A DNA stretch of 64,000 nt from Amoebophrya sp. A120 (taxonomy: Eukaryota; Protista; Dinoflagellata): contig CAJINV010000010.1 in the NCBI GenBank assembly GCA_905178155.1, forward strand, positions 3,882,599 through 3,946,598, written 5' to 3'. This document shows positions 25,936 to 38,700 of this stretch, in pieces (position 1 is the first letter of the stretch; each line of letters begins with the position of its first letter). A program made the translations under genes and the position numbers. A model generated the notes under the pieces. It searched no databases. It had not been told where the DNA came from and worked only from the letters and a program-made list of their open reading frames with translations.

Positions 25936-26983
25936 TTTATTTTACGTGGCGATTGCTTTGTTTCAATTTTGGAGACGGTTTTTGTCGGACTTGTCGGAAG
26001 AGTTCTGTGTGTATGTACGATTGTATGTACGATCTATCCAACAAGAACGCGGTGCGTATTCTAGTATCAGTTTCTTTTTGAACTTTTTTTGCGGCACAGC
26101 AACATGCACAGACAGGCCTCCACAATGTTGCCCGGCCCTTGCCCAGGTCTATGTAGTATGACACTCGGCTCGGGAAACCTCGAGCTGCGCGATTTTGATT
26201 GCGCGACCAATTTCGTCCGGTCATTTCGGTTCCGCACCTCCCACTACAGATATATTGAATTTTTGAACCACAGCAGGCCAGTGTTGTGATTTTCTGTGAA
26301 GATGTTCTTGCCGTGTTCGACGTTTTGCTTCTGAAGAAAATGTAGTGCCTTTATTAGTACTGTGCCACCTAGAGCTGCTTTCAAGAAGCTTACTCGTTAT
26401 TTTACTTAAGAAGCCTGCAGCAGCTCCATGCACTTGATAGATTTTACGTCGTTCTTTTCTTCGGCGGAATCTTTCTATAAATTCTTTTCGTCAGTTTTCG
26501 TGCGAAATCGGAGTCGTTTTTGCTGCTCTCTAAAAATCGTCCGTGCTTAGTTTCATCGTGCAAAAACAAGCATTTGCAGCTCTGTCTACTATCGTTGTCA
26601 CAACTACTCACGCCTCTTGCAACTACTTCATTCCTCGCACGTTCCACCAGCTTGGTGTGGTGTAAGTGAGTGTACGCGAAGGAATACAGTACTTTAAAGA
26701 CACAAATCAGGACCAGCACGGTAATTTGGTACTAAAATCCTTTCCTGTCGCGGAGGACAAGGGGCAATAACATCTTGTATTGCAGCTAAAAAGTCCTCGT
26801 GTAGTAAACCAACATAAACAAGAAGAGAAACTACAGGTGGCTTTCGGTTTCGTCGTTTCGCTTTTATTTCCTACCTACTTGTTTTTACACTCAATCTCAA
26901 AGTGTTAAGAAAGTACAAGTAAGTACCTACTAGATACAACTTCAGCCATACTACTTATTCCATTCGTCCCTTCGCGCCGGATC

Positions 26984-28436
26984 ATGAAGAAGAAGACCAA
27001 CGCCTTCGTCCTCACGGCAGTATCCACAGCCTCTTGGTGGCTTGAGCAGCAGCAACAGAACAGGAGCAACCTGCTGAATATTAGCCTTGTCCCTGGGTGC
27101 GTTGCGGTGGAAGTGTTGGCTTTGATGAAAAACAAGATGCAGGAAAACATGCAGGAGAGGATGAACAAAAAAACCGAGAGCAAGAGGAACCCGCATGGAG
27201 ACTGTGAACCCCTCCAAGAAGAATTTTACGAAACGCTGAACTGTTGCGATGACAAGGGAAAAAATACGCCCACTGCCGTAGTTGGAGCGGCCGACCCATG
27301 TGACGCTGCAAAGCAGGAGTTGCTGACCCTCAACGAGTACTGTCTCACTGGGCCCGGGAGAACAGACGCCTGCTGGTTGCGTCGGGGGACGAAAAGTGTC
27401 GCCGATTACGATCAAGTGGAATTGGTCGACGCGGCAATGTGCGACACCATTGACAACGAGAAACAAGACCGGTGGTGGAAGCATCGGTGTGGGCAGGACG
27501 GGCTTGTCACCACGTGTGCAGCCACCTACAAGGACGTATGCATTGCAAAAATGTTTGTGTCTGGAAGAATGCAAGATTTGTGATGCAGGTTTTCCATGTC
27601 CCACGAGGTCTGGAATGCGAGACCCAGCATGACAGATTCTTTGAGGTCTCTAGCATGCCTTTCCTGCATGAGAAACTCCCTCTCAACTTGGTCAAAAGGG
27701 GACAGCTTTTGGCACTCATGCAACACAGATTTCTGCATGATTCGGATTTAGCATGACAAGTTGGAATCTTCCAGACCCAGACATTTTTGCAATCCATAGG
27801 ACGCCGACACCTGCAACGACGCGGCCAGGACCGACTTATGTCATAGGAAAAAAGTGAATAGATGCAGCTACACATTTGAAGTGGCAAGTATACTTGCGGG
27901 ATAGTGCTGCAGAGATCATCTCTGAGATGATAAGTAGGGAAAATACACGATATGTATGAAACTGAGCTCCCAAGCTGCATTGATTGCATTGTCCGGCATG
28001 ATATTAGACAACAAGTCTGTCTTGCTTGGCAGTCAGCTACTCAACGAATGTGTAACTGTTATGAAACGCTTAGTTTTTCTTTGTTCCATACGAGACTGGG
28101 AAATGCCACTGGAATGGTACAACTTGTGCGTTTCGGGACTTCGGCACGGAAGACAACAAAGGCTTTTTCTTTTGCGATGCGCTAGCGGACGAGAAGACCT
28201 GTGAACTGGCATCCACGCCGGGACAGGCGCCCTACGGAGGGAATTGTAGATGGTATGTGGGGTTGAAGTACTGCGACTACGTGGCTAGCTATGTAAGGAA
28301 AAAAGTGCTGCACACGTAAAACGTTCTTACGGTTACGACCTAGTAGCGAGAAGTGGGCCACGCATCCTCGCGTTCTTGGTTTTGCAGGACCGAGGACCGC
28401 GCAGACAACCGTCTGTGGTGCCGCCCGACGACATAA
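26984..28436 (+). CDS. secreted Cys-rich protein, paralog of the N-terminal part of the 35739 gene
   Basis: Introner 27537-27798 (GGACG); exon about 28095-28252 TGKCHWNGTTCAFRDFGTEDNKGF...ADEKTC...PYGGNCRW matches TGKCQW...KFRDFVAENNQGF...ADEAAC...PFGGSCFW. Confidence 0.65.
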
Positions 28437-28536
28437 GTAAGTACTTCCGAGCCCCCTGTAGTCATGATGCGTGTTATAATCGACGACGTCGTGTACCTGT
28501 AGGGTTAAACTTAATCTTAATATGTAAAGATCTCCG

Positions 28537-30262
28537 GTTTTTTGCAAGAGCAAGGTTTCGTCGTCATGCGCATGCAGAGAGAGCAAGTCTTCTGTTGAAC
28601 GTCGGCCACCCCAAGCCAGGGGGGCGCACCCGCCTGGGCGAGCACTGGCTGCAGCCACCCGGCCCCAAAGAACAGGCACGCCACCTTTGTTCATCTTCCC
28701 CTCCTGCTCCCGATGTTCCGAGGGGAATGAAATATCCTGCGCCCGCCCAACTACAATTATATCGCACCGTGGCGCGCTCTTTGCCGCGTGCAAAATTTCA
28801 AATCGGCAACAGAAAAAAGCCCGCCGAATGCGTAAAAGCCAGGGGCCGCGATGGCTCTTCAGGCGGTCGCGAGCGGGCCCCACGGCAGCAGCGGCGCTGC
28901 GAATATGCGCAGCGCCGAGCAAAAATCCCGCGAAACCTCACGCCCGACTCAAGGTCCCGAAAGATGGCCGGCCCAAGAATCTTGGTTTTTTCCCGGTTTT
29001 TTTTTCCGCATCTGGCCAATTCTTGGCCAAAAAGGGCCTTTTTGGCCAAGAAATCCACTTTTTGGCCAAGAATTGGCCAAAAGGGAGAAAAAAATCCGGG
29101 AAAAAGCCAAGATTCTTGGTTCGGCCATTTGTTTGCGAGGAAGGATTTGGCTCATTGCTTGGCAATTTGCGAAGGAAAACGCCGCGCGGTGGGCCGCTTC
29201 CGAAGGGCTTCGTGGCCGCCACACCCATAGACGAAACGCGCCCGCGGGGGTCAGCAATCATCGCAGAGGTTGGGGCGCGCGGGAGCCCCCAGGACAAAGC
29301 CGCGCAGGCAATAACACACGCCCACACGACCGCAAAACGGCTGCGCCTGCTGCGACGTGAATGCCAGCGCCCAGGCCTTGAAGGGTGCAAAATAAGGCGC
29401 ACCCGCAGGCATCGGCGCCGCCATTCTTTCTACAGTCAGGGCCCGGGACGGCGTGCGCTGTGTTGGCTGCTATGGCCCCGCGCTTTTTCCTGTTTTCGGT
29501 TTGCTTCTTTGGCAGCCAAGGGAGACTTCCCCCCGGATGTCAGTCAAACAGCAAGGCGAGCATATTTGAAAGCAGCCACCCAGGCTGCGGGGTTTTGGTT
29601 TGTTTTTCCGAAGCCAATTTTCCCGAGGGGCAACGGCCGGGCCTATGCAAGGCCATTCGCAGCCCGCAGGAGCGCCGCCGCTTATTAAGTTCTCCGTGTC
29701 CCGCCTCCTGGCGTTTTCCATGTATGCCAAGAAGTTCGCAGCAAAATTTGCTGCCAAACTACTAGCGGCGCCTCGTTGATTGTGTGCGCCAGCAGGCGCA
29801 GGGCGCAACCTTGGCTCTTCCTGGCGTCCCTTGCCCCCCCCCCCTTTGCGTGACTCTTTGTGATTCTGCTTTAGGCCACAGGCCTCGGCGAAGGAAATTT
29901 CGCTCGGTGTGCGGGGTGGCAGAGCTCGTAGGCGGGGTCTGTTGCCCATTTCGCCTGAAGTCATTGCGGCTTTATTTCGGTTATTGGTGTGCGGCCAAAG
30001 AGCAGGCCGACCGCTAACAGTGCTCGAGCAAAAGCATCGCCAAAGCATCCGCGTCAGGCCTTCCCTGCTTTCGGTTCTTGGCGGTGGTGGCCAGCCGGGC
30101 GTTGTCGTTTCGTCGGCACAGACATTGGCTGCGGACAGCCGAAACGGTGCGGACCACGAAAATTCTTGGTTTTTTTCGTGTCCCGTTTTGCATTTTGTCC
30201 GTTCATAGTTTTTTGCAAGAGCAAGGTTTCGTCGTCATGCGCATGCAGAGAGAGCAAGTCTT
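28537..30262. mobile_element. 1.6-kb GC-rich insertion flanked by 55-bp direct repeats
   Basis: GTTTTTTGCAAGAGCAAGG...GAGCAAGTCTT at 28537-28591 and 30208-30262; internal hairpin near 28965-29127. Confidence 0.6.
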
Positions 30263-30327
30263 TCTTGTCCAAGTAGTTCTTTGTACTCTGCTCTAAAAAA
30301 ACAGTTACTGGAATAAGTGGTGTAAAA

Positions 30328-30711
30328 ATGAAGGCACTTTTTTCCTTTGATACCATTGCGGGAGCTGGAACCATGGCTCGTCCGGCTAGCGTGGCGGGGA
30401 CTGCTGGAGACGCCAGCGGAAGTGGAGGTGAGAGCGCGGGAGGCGTCGAAGGCGTGGGAGTCGAAGGCACAGCAGGCGCCGTGGGAGGCGAAGGCACAGT
30501 AAGCGCAGGCGCAGCCGCAGGCGCAGGCGCAGGCGCAGGCGCAGGCGCAGGCGCAGGCGCAGGCGCAGGCGCAGGCGCAGGCGCAGGCGCAGGCGCAGGC
30601 GCAGGCGCAGGCGCAGGCGCAGGCGCAGGCGCAGGCGCAGGCGCAGGCGCAGGCGCAGGCGCGGGAAAAGAAGAAGTTGTGACGGACACTGCCGAGACCA
30701 CCTGCTGCTAG
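30328..30711 (+). CDS. Ala-Gly repeat ORF; probable 3' remnant or short paralog of the 31395 gene
   Basis: Ends EEVVTDTAETTCC* versus EEGVTETTEGCC*; shared downstream motif ACAAAAAATTTC-CA-AGCAGCCCACTTC (about 30842 and 34263). Confidence 0.4.
   Translation: MKALFSFDTIAGAGTMARPASVAGTAGDASGSGGESAGGVEGVGVEGTAGAVGGEGTVSAGAAAGAGAGAGAGAGAGAGAGAGAGAGAGAGAGAGAGAGAGAGAGAGAGAGAGKEEVVTDTAETTCC
30505..30660. repeat. (GCAGGC)n microsatellite, about 26 copies
   Basis: Directly visible. Confidence 0.97.
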
Positions 30712-31394
30712 AAGAGCGCCGCCAATAGCTTCTACAATGGCAAGCTTCTCCGGTTATTCAACTAGTACCTTCACAATAATAATTAGAAACTCAAATTTGT
30801 TCTTCAAAGAGTCGGAGTTAATATCGAGGAATTTACCGCGCACAAAAAATTTCGCAGAGCAGCCCACTTCTTCAAACACCTGGACATCTTGTTCGACGTT
30901 TCTGCTTTAGTACATTGTGTCGCTCCTTTTGGTTTTTTTCTGTCGTATCGTTCATCTTTGCGTCATTTTTCGTGCGAAAATCGGCGTCTTCTTCGTTTCC
31001 CTGCAAAAATCGTCCGCGCTCTACTCATTCTCGTGCAAAAATCTTCTGCAGCACTAGGTGCTCGCAGCATTAGGTACTCTGTCGTGGTCACAAGTCAGGC
31101 ATATTGCAATGGTTTCCTCGTATGTTGCTGCTGTAGTTTCGTCCACGTATTAATTGCACATGCTCTTCTTTGAAGACACAATTGGTTTAGGACGTCAATA
31201 ATTTGATAAAACCTCCCAGGTAAAAGTTCCCTCTGGAAATAAAGATAAAGAACGGTAGAAGAAGTAGGAGAAGTAACGCAGCAACAGGTTCTTGTGGTCG
31301 CTTAAGTGTTTAGTACTTTGGTTTTCCCAGTTGTACACGACTTGAATAGAAGCGAGGGATCCATTTTTTCTCGCGTAAAGAACGAAAACATACG

Positions 31395-34032
31395 ATGTCG
31401 CTGAACAGCAAGTCCTGCTCACTAAAAACGGCCGTTGCGGCCGTTTCGGGAGTGACCACGGTCTATTTCCCAGCGCCGACGTATGGAAGCGTCAGGATTG
31501 AAATCGACAAAGTTGCAATAGTTTCCCATGCATAAATTGCAAAGCATGAAGTGCCTTCCTTGCAGGGATTGCAAGACTGTCAGCCTATTTGGGGTGAAGA
31601 GCCCGACTGTCAGCCTTTTTGGGGTCTGCGATAGAGCTGCTAAAGTGGCATGACAAAAAACGCCTTCTGTCCCTCAACAGCATAACAAACTGGATTCAGA
31701 CGGTGCCAAAATTTGTCATGCACCGCTTGGGAATTGGGCTTGCAAGAACTGATATCGATTTTATGCATAACAAACTATTTCAACTTTGACGACTTCAATC
31801 CTGGCACTCCCATGCGACGTCGGCCGTGGAAATGCTGACTTTGGACAAAAGCCGGCGGGACAAGCTGCAGCGGCGAAAATCGCAGAAGGTAAGTACAACA
31901 AGAGCAAACTGATCTCAAAAAACATGGTTGATAGGCGATCGATTTCTCTATCTCTTCACCGGCTGACCGACTTCTTGTTCTTTTCAATTATGGTTTCTTC
32001 TTGACATGTAGGTGAAGATATTTTATCAAACTAAAAAAAAGGCGCAGCACCAAATTCGCGCGGATGTTGATCCTATTGTCGAGGGAGACGCGAAGCTTTG
32101 GCTTCCGGAGGAGAGCCCGGTAACCGAAGACACTGCATTCTCGGGTATCACTTCGACGCCGATCCGTGTCGCGGATTTGGTGAAAGACCAAACGAAAATC
32201 TTCAGCGACCGCTCCTACGTCCTGAACGGCATTCCGAACTACCAGGACGACTGCATGTTCGTTCCCGTCACCACCGCTGACGGCGAGAACCAAGGAGCGT
32301 GGCTCGCGGAGAACCGCCCGACGGATTCGGCGGTTACCTTCACCGTGACCCGCGCTGCCACCGTTTTTTTGGACATGTGGCGGTGCGACAAGATATCAAG
32401 GTGGAAAATCCCCCCTCCCCGTATTTTTGAAAAGGTGTGTTTCCGAAAATTTGTGTTGCTGATTTGTGGCCACAAATCAGGTTTGTCTTGCAAGAAGACA
32501 AGCGCAGAGGCTTCCCTCCCATTATGGAAGCGATTTGGCATGCTGTTGGGCCTAGAGGGTAGCCGTTTGCCATGCTAACCAACTAGACCCGGACGCCCCT
32601 ATGATCTTGGCGAGGATCTGGCCGCAATGCCTTGCAGCAAGACAGGGCGCATTTGTGTACGCAAGTTCAGCATCAGAAGCTTCGTTTTGATATGGGGAGG
32701 GGGGGTTTTTCTTCTTGATACAAGATGACCACGGAGGAGTGGAAAACCGCGGCGGAAAGTGACGGCTGGAGCTATCAGAATGAAAAATACTCCCACCCCC
32801 GAACTTGAAAGCATTTGTGTTGCAAACCTTTCCAAATGAAACATTCGCCCTCTTGCATGTACCAGCAAGAGCGGCGCTTGTCTTGCAAGCGATGCGATAC
32901 ACGCCTAGACTCTGCATCAGAAAGATTCGCACTCCTTTCACGCATGACAAAAAGTTTTCATTTGGAAACTTAGCATCACAAATTTTTACAATTTCAGGGG
33001 TGGGGGGCACTTTTCACTGTAATAGGAGCAGGTCCGCAGACTTGAACATGAACCCGATCGGCCTTTATGGAATGCAAATAGGTCTGGGTCTGGAACAAGA
33101 TTCCGAGAGTTGTTCTCATGCTAGTTTCTTGGCACGACTCTGAACTCTGTATTGCGTGGCCACGAAGACCTCCTCTTGTAGTCTTATTTCATGCGAAAAA
33201 TAAAACGGTGCTTCTCATGCGGAATACGCAACACAGAGCCACGAGAAAGTCTGTCCTGTTTGGCGGTAGTACATTGCAGTGCGCTTTCTGTTCACTGACA
33301 TGCGTCACAAGTTTCCAGACCCAGACATATTTACACTTGATAGCCTTGTGCTCCACACCACGGGCGCCCACCATGGATCCCCACTCGAGGACGGCGGGAT
33401 CTACGGGCCCGGGCAAGTGTACAGGAAGGACGTTCCGGCAGGCGAGGTCTCCGTTCCGGGCCTGGGGACGAAGACGTCTTTATCAAGAGGAAAAATCCCC
33501 CCTCCCCATATCGAAAAGGAAATCTGTGATGCTGGAGTTGCGTACACAGATCAGATTTGTCTTGCAGTAGAGGACTGCACGCAGATCGCCAGCCTACTTA
33601 GGGGCCTTTTGGTGTAGGCGCCTAGCATGGTAGACGGCTTCCCTGTAGTCCTTACAGCATTACAAATCGCCTGTATAGAGTGGCAGAGGGCCTAACTGGA
33701 TTTGCCTTCTCGCAACACGGACAGGATTTGTGGTCACAAATCTGCGCCGCAAATTTTCGGAGGCATACCTTTTCGATATGGAGAGGGTGGATTTTTCCTC
33801 TCAATAGTCTTTCTACGGGGTTTGGGTCTGTCCAGACGAGAGCGAAACACCGATTGTCGCCGATGCTGGGGTTTACTGGCGCCCCGGAGCGGAGCCGGAA
33901 GCTTGCGCCCAGGAAGCGGGCGAAGCTGGGGTGTGCGGAAACTCGGGTGACACGCCGTGTGCGATCGTCAAGGGAGACGAGGAGGTGGACGAAGAGGAAG
34001 GCGTGACGGAAACTACCGAGGGGTGCTGCTGA
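31395..34032 (+). CDS. putative secreted protein with C-terminal CC, 5 introners
   Basis: In frame after removing 31482-31814 (CGACG), a GT intron from 31889, 32394-32720 (CAAGA), 32773-33024 (GGAGC), 33066-33342 (GCCTT) and 33481-33806 (GTCTT). Confidence 0.75.
32394..32720. mobile_element. introner family G (TATCAAG..GAAAATCCCCCCTCCCC TIR)
   Basis: TIRs; CAAGA direct repeat; relatives at 25102, 32773, 33481, 37563, 57993 and 61709. Confidence 0.9.
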
Positions 34033-35738
34033 TGCTGAAATGACAGCACGTGGTCATCTTCTTCCCGAAGCAAATCTTTCAGGAGAAACGCGCTCCTAAT
34101 CGGACTTGCAAACCCCTTTACTATCGGCCTCCAGTATGTTCATCTTGATTTTCTGCAATCTCCTCGCGTTTTGTGCCTCTCGTCGCTCAGTACGATCACA
34201 ATTTCAAAAGAATAAGAAGGTACGCAAAGTTTCAAAAAAGTTAGCACGCCCTTGTCTTGAGTACAAAAAATTTCACAAAGCAGCCCACTTCAACTTAACC
34301 TCATTTTTCATGCATGTATTTTGGTAATTTTCATTTCATCTTCCAAGTATCTTCGCAGTATCACTAGCAATTTTTGCATCCAATATCTTTGCAGTCTTCA
34401 CAATAAAAGTAAGTACTATTATACACACAACCACCAGTTCGTATGATTTAGATTTTCCGAATCGATTTTTTTATACAAATTTGCTTCAGATGGTGGTCCC
34501 CCAATAGAAAAAATAGGCTTTCGAAATTTGTCTTCTAAATTATCCGTCACACTTCAATTTCACCCCTTCTCGCACCCCGAAAAACATCAAGTATCCACCC
34601 TAGGAAATATGTATAAAGTCGTTCTTCTTCTTTTCCCCGATTTCTACTCACCGCCCAGACGGAGACGAGGTAGGGCACTAGGTTCTTTTGCGAATCCCGC
34701 CCACCAGGGGCAAAGTAGGAGCGAAGGGGATAAAGGAGAGCGGAGGAACAAGAAGAAGAATGACAACAAATAAGCTAGGCAGTCACTCTCATCTATGTTC
34801 TTGTCGTGTTTCACCCAAAATTTCTATCTTCCAGTGGTTAATCCCAAGAACCGCCCAGTCTTTGTCCACCGCATGAGGCGATAGCAATTGCGTTTTTCAC
34901 GTTAGACACGTCCTGTTGTTCCACATGCATCGCCGCCGCGTACGTCCACCACCACTCCACTGGAAAGGATCTTCGTTCAGTCTGTGTCACATATTACATG
35001 CTCGTGAAAATTATAAGTCGTGGTGAGGTCGCTCTCGCTACTACACGACAGCATTATAGCAGATGATTTTGTAGTAACCAGCCACTGAAATGCAAAGGGT
35101 CGGCTTCGTACCAGGTGACGCTGCTTGTATGTGTTATTTTCCATCGACTCGTGCAACAATCCTTTTCCTTATCCCAGTAAACTCGTTCTTGTGGTTATCG
35201 TTCGTCGTCCAACAAATAAATCTGACGCTCGTCGTTGGGTGCCGTTTCGGTATTTCCACTTGGAGAAGGAATTTCGATTTCCTTCGTTCGGTTGAGGACA
35301 AGATAGAAGAACTCGTTCAGGAACAACTGACTTAGTTTGTAAAAAAGTTTTCCAGGACGAGGACAAGGATTTCATCGTGTCGTCGTTCTCGTTGCTGCGT
35401 CCGCGGCGTGCGTCTTTTTTTTCTCGTCACTCCACCTCGAGAAGTACTTGCTTGTACTACTTCCCGGCTGTGACGAAATAGATATCTGATTTTTTCCTTT
35501 ATATACCATTGCTGAGATGATATTACCGAAACACGACGAACAGCAGGATTTGTAAATTGGGCCTCCTAGTATCCCCAGGACGGCACAATTCCATTTCCAA
35601 GTACAACCACCCGCCTTTTTCTCAACCACTTTTCTTGTTTGTGAAGAACGACAGTATTATTTACACTTATTCACGCCAAAAATTCAGAAACGCAACACTG
35701 TAACTACTTTCTCTCAACAACAACATCGCACTAAAGCT

Positions 35739-38700
35739 ATGACGAAAACTTCCCTGAAGAAAACAACCCTGGCCTTGGCGGCCACCGGCGCCACGGCGGT
35801 GGAGGTGATGATCCTCAAGCACTTGAAAAAATCCAAGGCGGGCCGTCGTGCACAGGTTGGAAAAAGCGAGCAGCGGCTGCTGAAGACCGGCGCGGGTGAA
35901 CTGCACAAGGCGGGACGACAGGAAGAATCTGCTGCGACCCGTCTCGCAACGGATCCTTTTGAGCGCTATGCGCTGGTCGATTATGACGATGACTGTTTGG
36001 ACTCCGGCACGATTAAGGCTGACGCCCAGTTCCACTGTAAGAAGGTGGGCACTGCTGGTGCAGACTCCGGGCCTGTCGAAGTCTGCAGCGGCTTGATGGA
36101 GAACGGAGATTCTCCTTGCAACGGCGCTGACCAAACGGACACGGGCAAGTGCCAGTGGGACGCCGACAACGGAAAATGCAAGTTCCGCGACTTCGTCGCG
36201 GAGAACAACCAAGGGTTTCAACACTGCCGGACGCACGCCGACGAAGCCGCCTGCAACGGCGCCGCGGCTGAAACCATCCCCTTCGGAGGGTCGTGCTTCT
36301 GGCGGTCCGAAGTGAGCGCTTGTGTTTTCACGCCGGAATGCCTCGACGATCCGGCTCCCGCGGCTGGCGGCAGCTGCATCAACCCTGCGTCACCGAGGAA
36401 TCGGGCTGCGTTCGGGGACTGGGGCATCGGGCTGGTGTCCGCAGACGGGAAAACGGGCTGCGGCGCGATCGAAACCGAAGGAGCCTGCAACGCGTACCCG
36501 AACTGTCTGTGGGACGACGATGCCGCAGCGACGCCGCAATGCACAGTGAAACGGGCCGCAAACGACATCACACCGACGGCGGGCAATGTCACGGTGTCGA
36601 GCACGTACTCATCCACGACTTCCAAGCAAAACCTGGTGGACGGAAACCTGCTGGGGAACCCCTTCAACTCCGCTGACGGCGAAGACGGCGAAGACGCGCC
36701 TGCCCAGAAGTGTCCGTGGGTCCAGCTGGAACTGCCAAATGAAAGCACGCAGGTGGGCCACGTGGAGCTGACCACGCTTCTGCATTCCGACTACGCTCTT
36801 AACCGCCTCCGCCGGCTGTTTTTTCGCAAGAAGATCCTCAACTTTGCTGGTGACAAAACGTGGAACGCAACGGACGGAAACCTCCCGGAGGGAAGCCTTG
36901 ACACAGAGCAGAACAGCGGCATCCGAGTTCTGGTCACGAACAACAAGCGCGATGTTCCGGCTGCCGGGCGTGGTGACGCGTGCGCGGAGCCCGCCAAGGT
37001 CTGCAACTCCCGCAATGGCGCGTGCTACGACTTCGAGGTCTGCGAGCACATCATCTGCAAGGAAGGCGAAGGAGCGACCTGCAAGAACCGGTTCGTTGTG
37101 CCGGAGGGCATGCTATGAATTGCAATTTACATATAATCTGGGAGGTCTGGAACATTGCCTCAAAGAACCCATGAAGATGCTAAAAACTGGCCCGCTTCTT
37201 ACTGTACGCAATAAATAAGGGCGAACTCCTCGTTCTCACGCGGGTTAAGCATGTTGGAGAAGCTGCCTCCTGCGCAAAACCTGTAGATGAAATCATGCTC
37301 GCTGTAGTTCGACGTGCATTTGTTCAGGATCGATGGTGTCGTCTGACATGTGGACTTCGACTTCTCCAGAGGACCCAGACATTTAATTAAATAATTTGCA
37401 GTTGATAGATGCCCCCGGACGCCGGCACCGCTACCGTCGACTGTAGAGGGAAGATGGGGAAGTACTTGACCATTGAGCTGCCCGGCATCGAGGAAAACCC
37501 GGGAGCCGGCGATCCGGAGTTCCGCATTCTGAACCTGAACGAAGTGAAGGTGTTTCGGCCTTTATCAAAAGGAAGAATCCCCCCTCCCCATTATATCAAA
37601 ACGAAGTTTCTGATGCTGGATTAATTTACGTACACAAATCAGATTTGTATTGCTGGAGAGGACCACTGCAGGCCTACAGTAATCCTGAGTAGGGAGGTTT
37701 TGGGCTAGGCCTAGGCACTGAGCATGGCAAACGTCTACTCTGTAGGGCCAAGAGCATCACAAACCGCCTGCAGAATGCGGCGGAGCCTGTGGAGTTGCGT
37801 TCTTGCAAGACAGAGACGATTTGTGGCCACAAGTCAGCATCACAAAAAATTTTCTGAGACGTACCTTTTCGATTTCTGGGAGGGGGGATTTTTCATTTTG
37901 ATAGCCTTCGGCGCCACCGGAACCGAAAGATATCACACCGTCCGCGGATGCGATCACAGCGTCCAGCGAATTCAACGAAGATCACGATGTGGACTTTCTG
38001 GTGGACGGTGACCTGCTATCGAGCAAAACAGCTGCGTTAGTGGGGTTCTTACTCACTTTGTAAAAATGCAGATGAAGAACACGTTAAAAATGTGCCGGTC
38101 AAGTCATCATGCCCATGCGTTGCAAGGTGCTCTCAACCTCCGCGTTTTCGCGTACTGTAGTAAGTATGTATGATCTTCGTGTGATAACATTTTGCTGTCA
38201 TGTTATTACCCGCTTCTCCAAAACCAAAATATTTGTAATGCTGCTTCTCCAAAAAGACCAAAATTAATAAATACAAAAGCTGGACTAACGCGGTTTTTCT
38301 CCTGGATACCTGTCTGGCCTTGTTTTCAACACCGCGGACAACAATTACGGCAGCCCTGGCCACTATGGTAGCGTCAGGTTGGAAATCGAAATTGACAAAA
38401 TGGAAATTATAGATTATTTGTGAGGCATAAAATGATAATGAATCGATACCCGCCTGCTTCGGAGCCCCAGCCCCCATTTGGTCTAAGCGGAAATAGGTGC
38501 ATCTTCAATGGCAAAAGAAACAGCGGGCTTTGTCATGCTCTTCAGCATGATGATCCCCATGATCCAGGAGCCTGGTCAGGAGATTTAGGTCTGGCACATA
38601 TTTTACGCAGCATCCAGTGCAAGAACACAGGCACTTTATTTTGTCGTGTTGCATTGAATTATACCTCATCCCATCGTAGAATTACTTAGATGCATGTTGA

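Noticed and set aside
28182-30276. Long ORFs (246-333 aa) in the GC-rich insert
   Set aside because: Overlapping in several frames, low-complexity, no domain signal
30054-30701. Minus-strand PAPAPA protein
   Set aside because: Antisense of the (GCAGGC)n repeat; the + frame has paralog support
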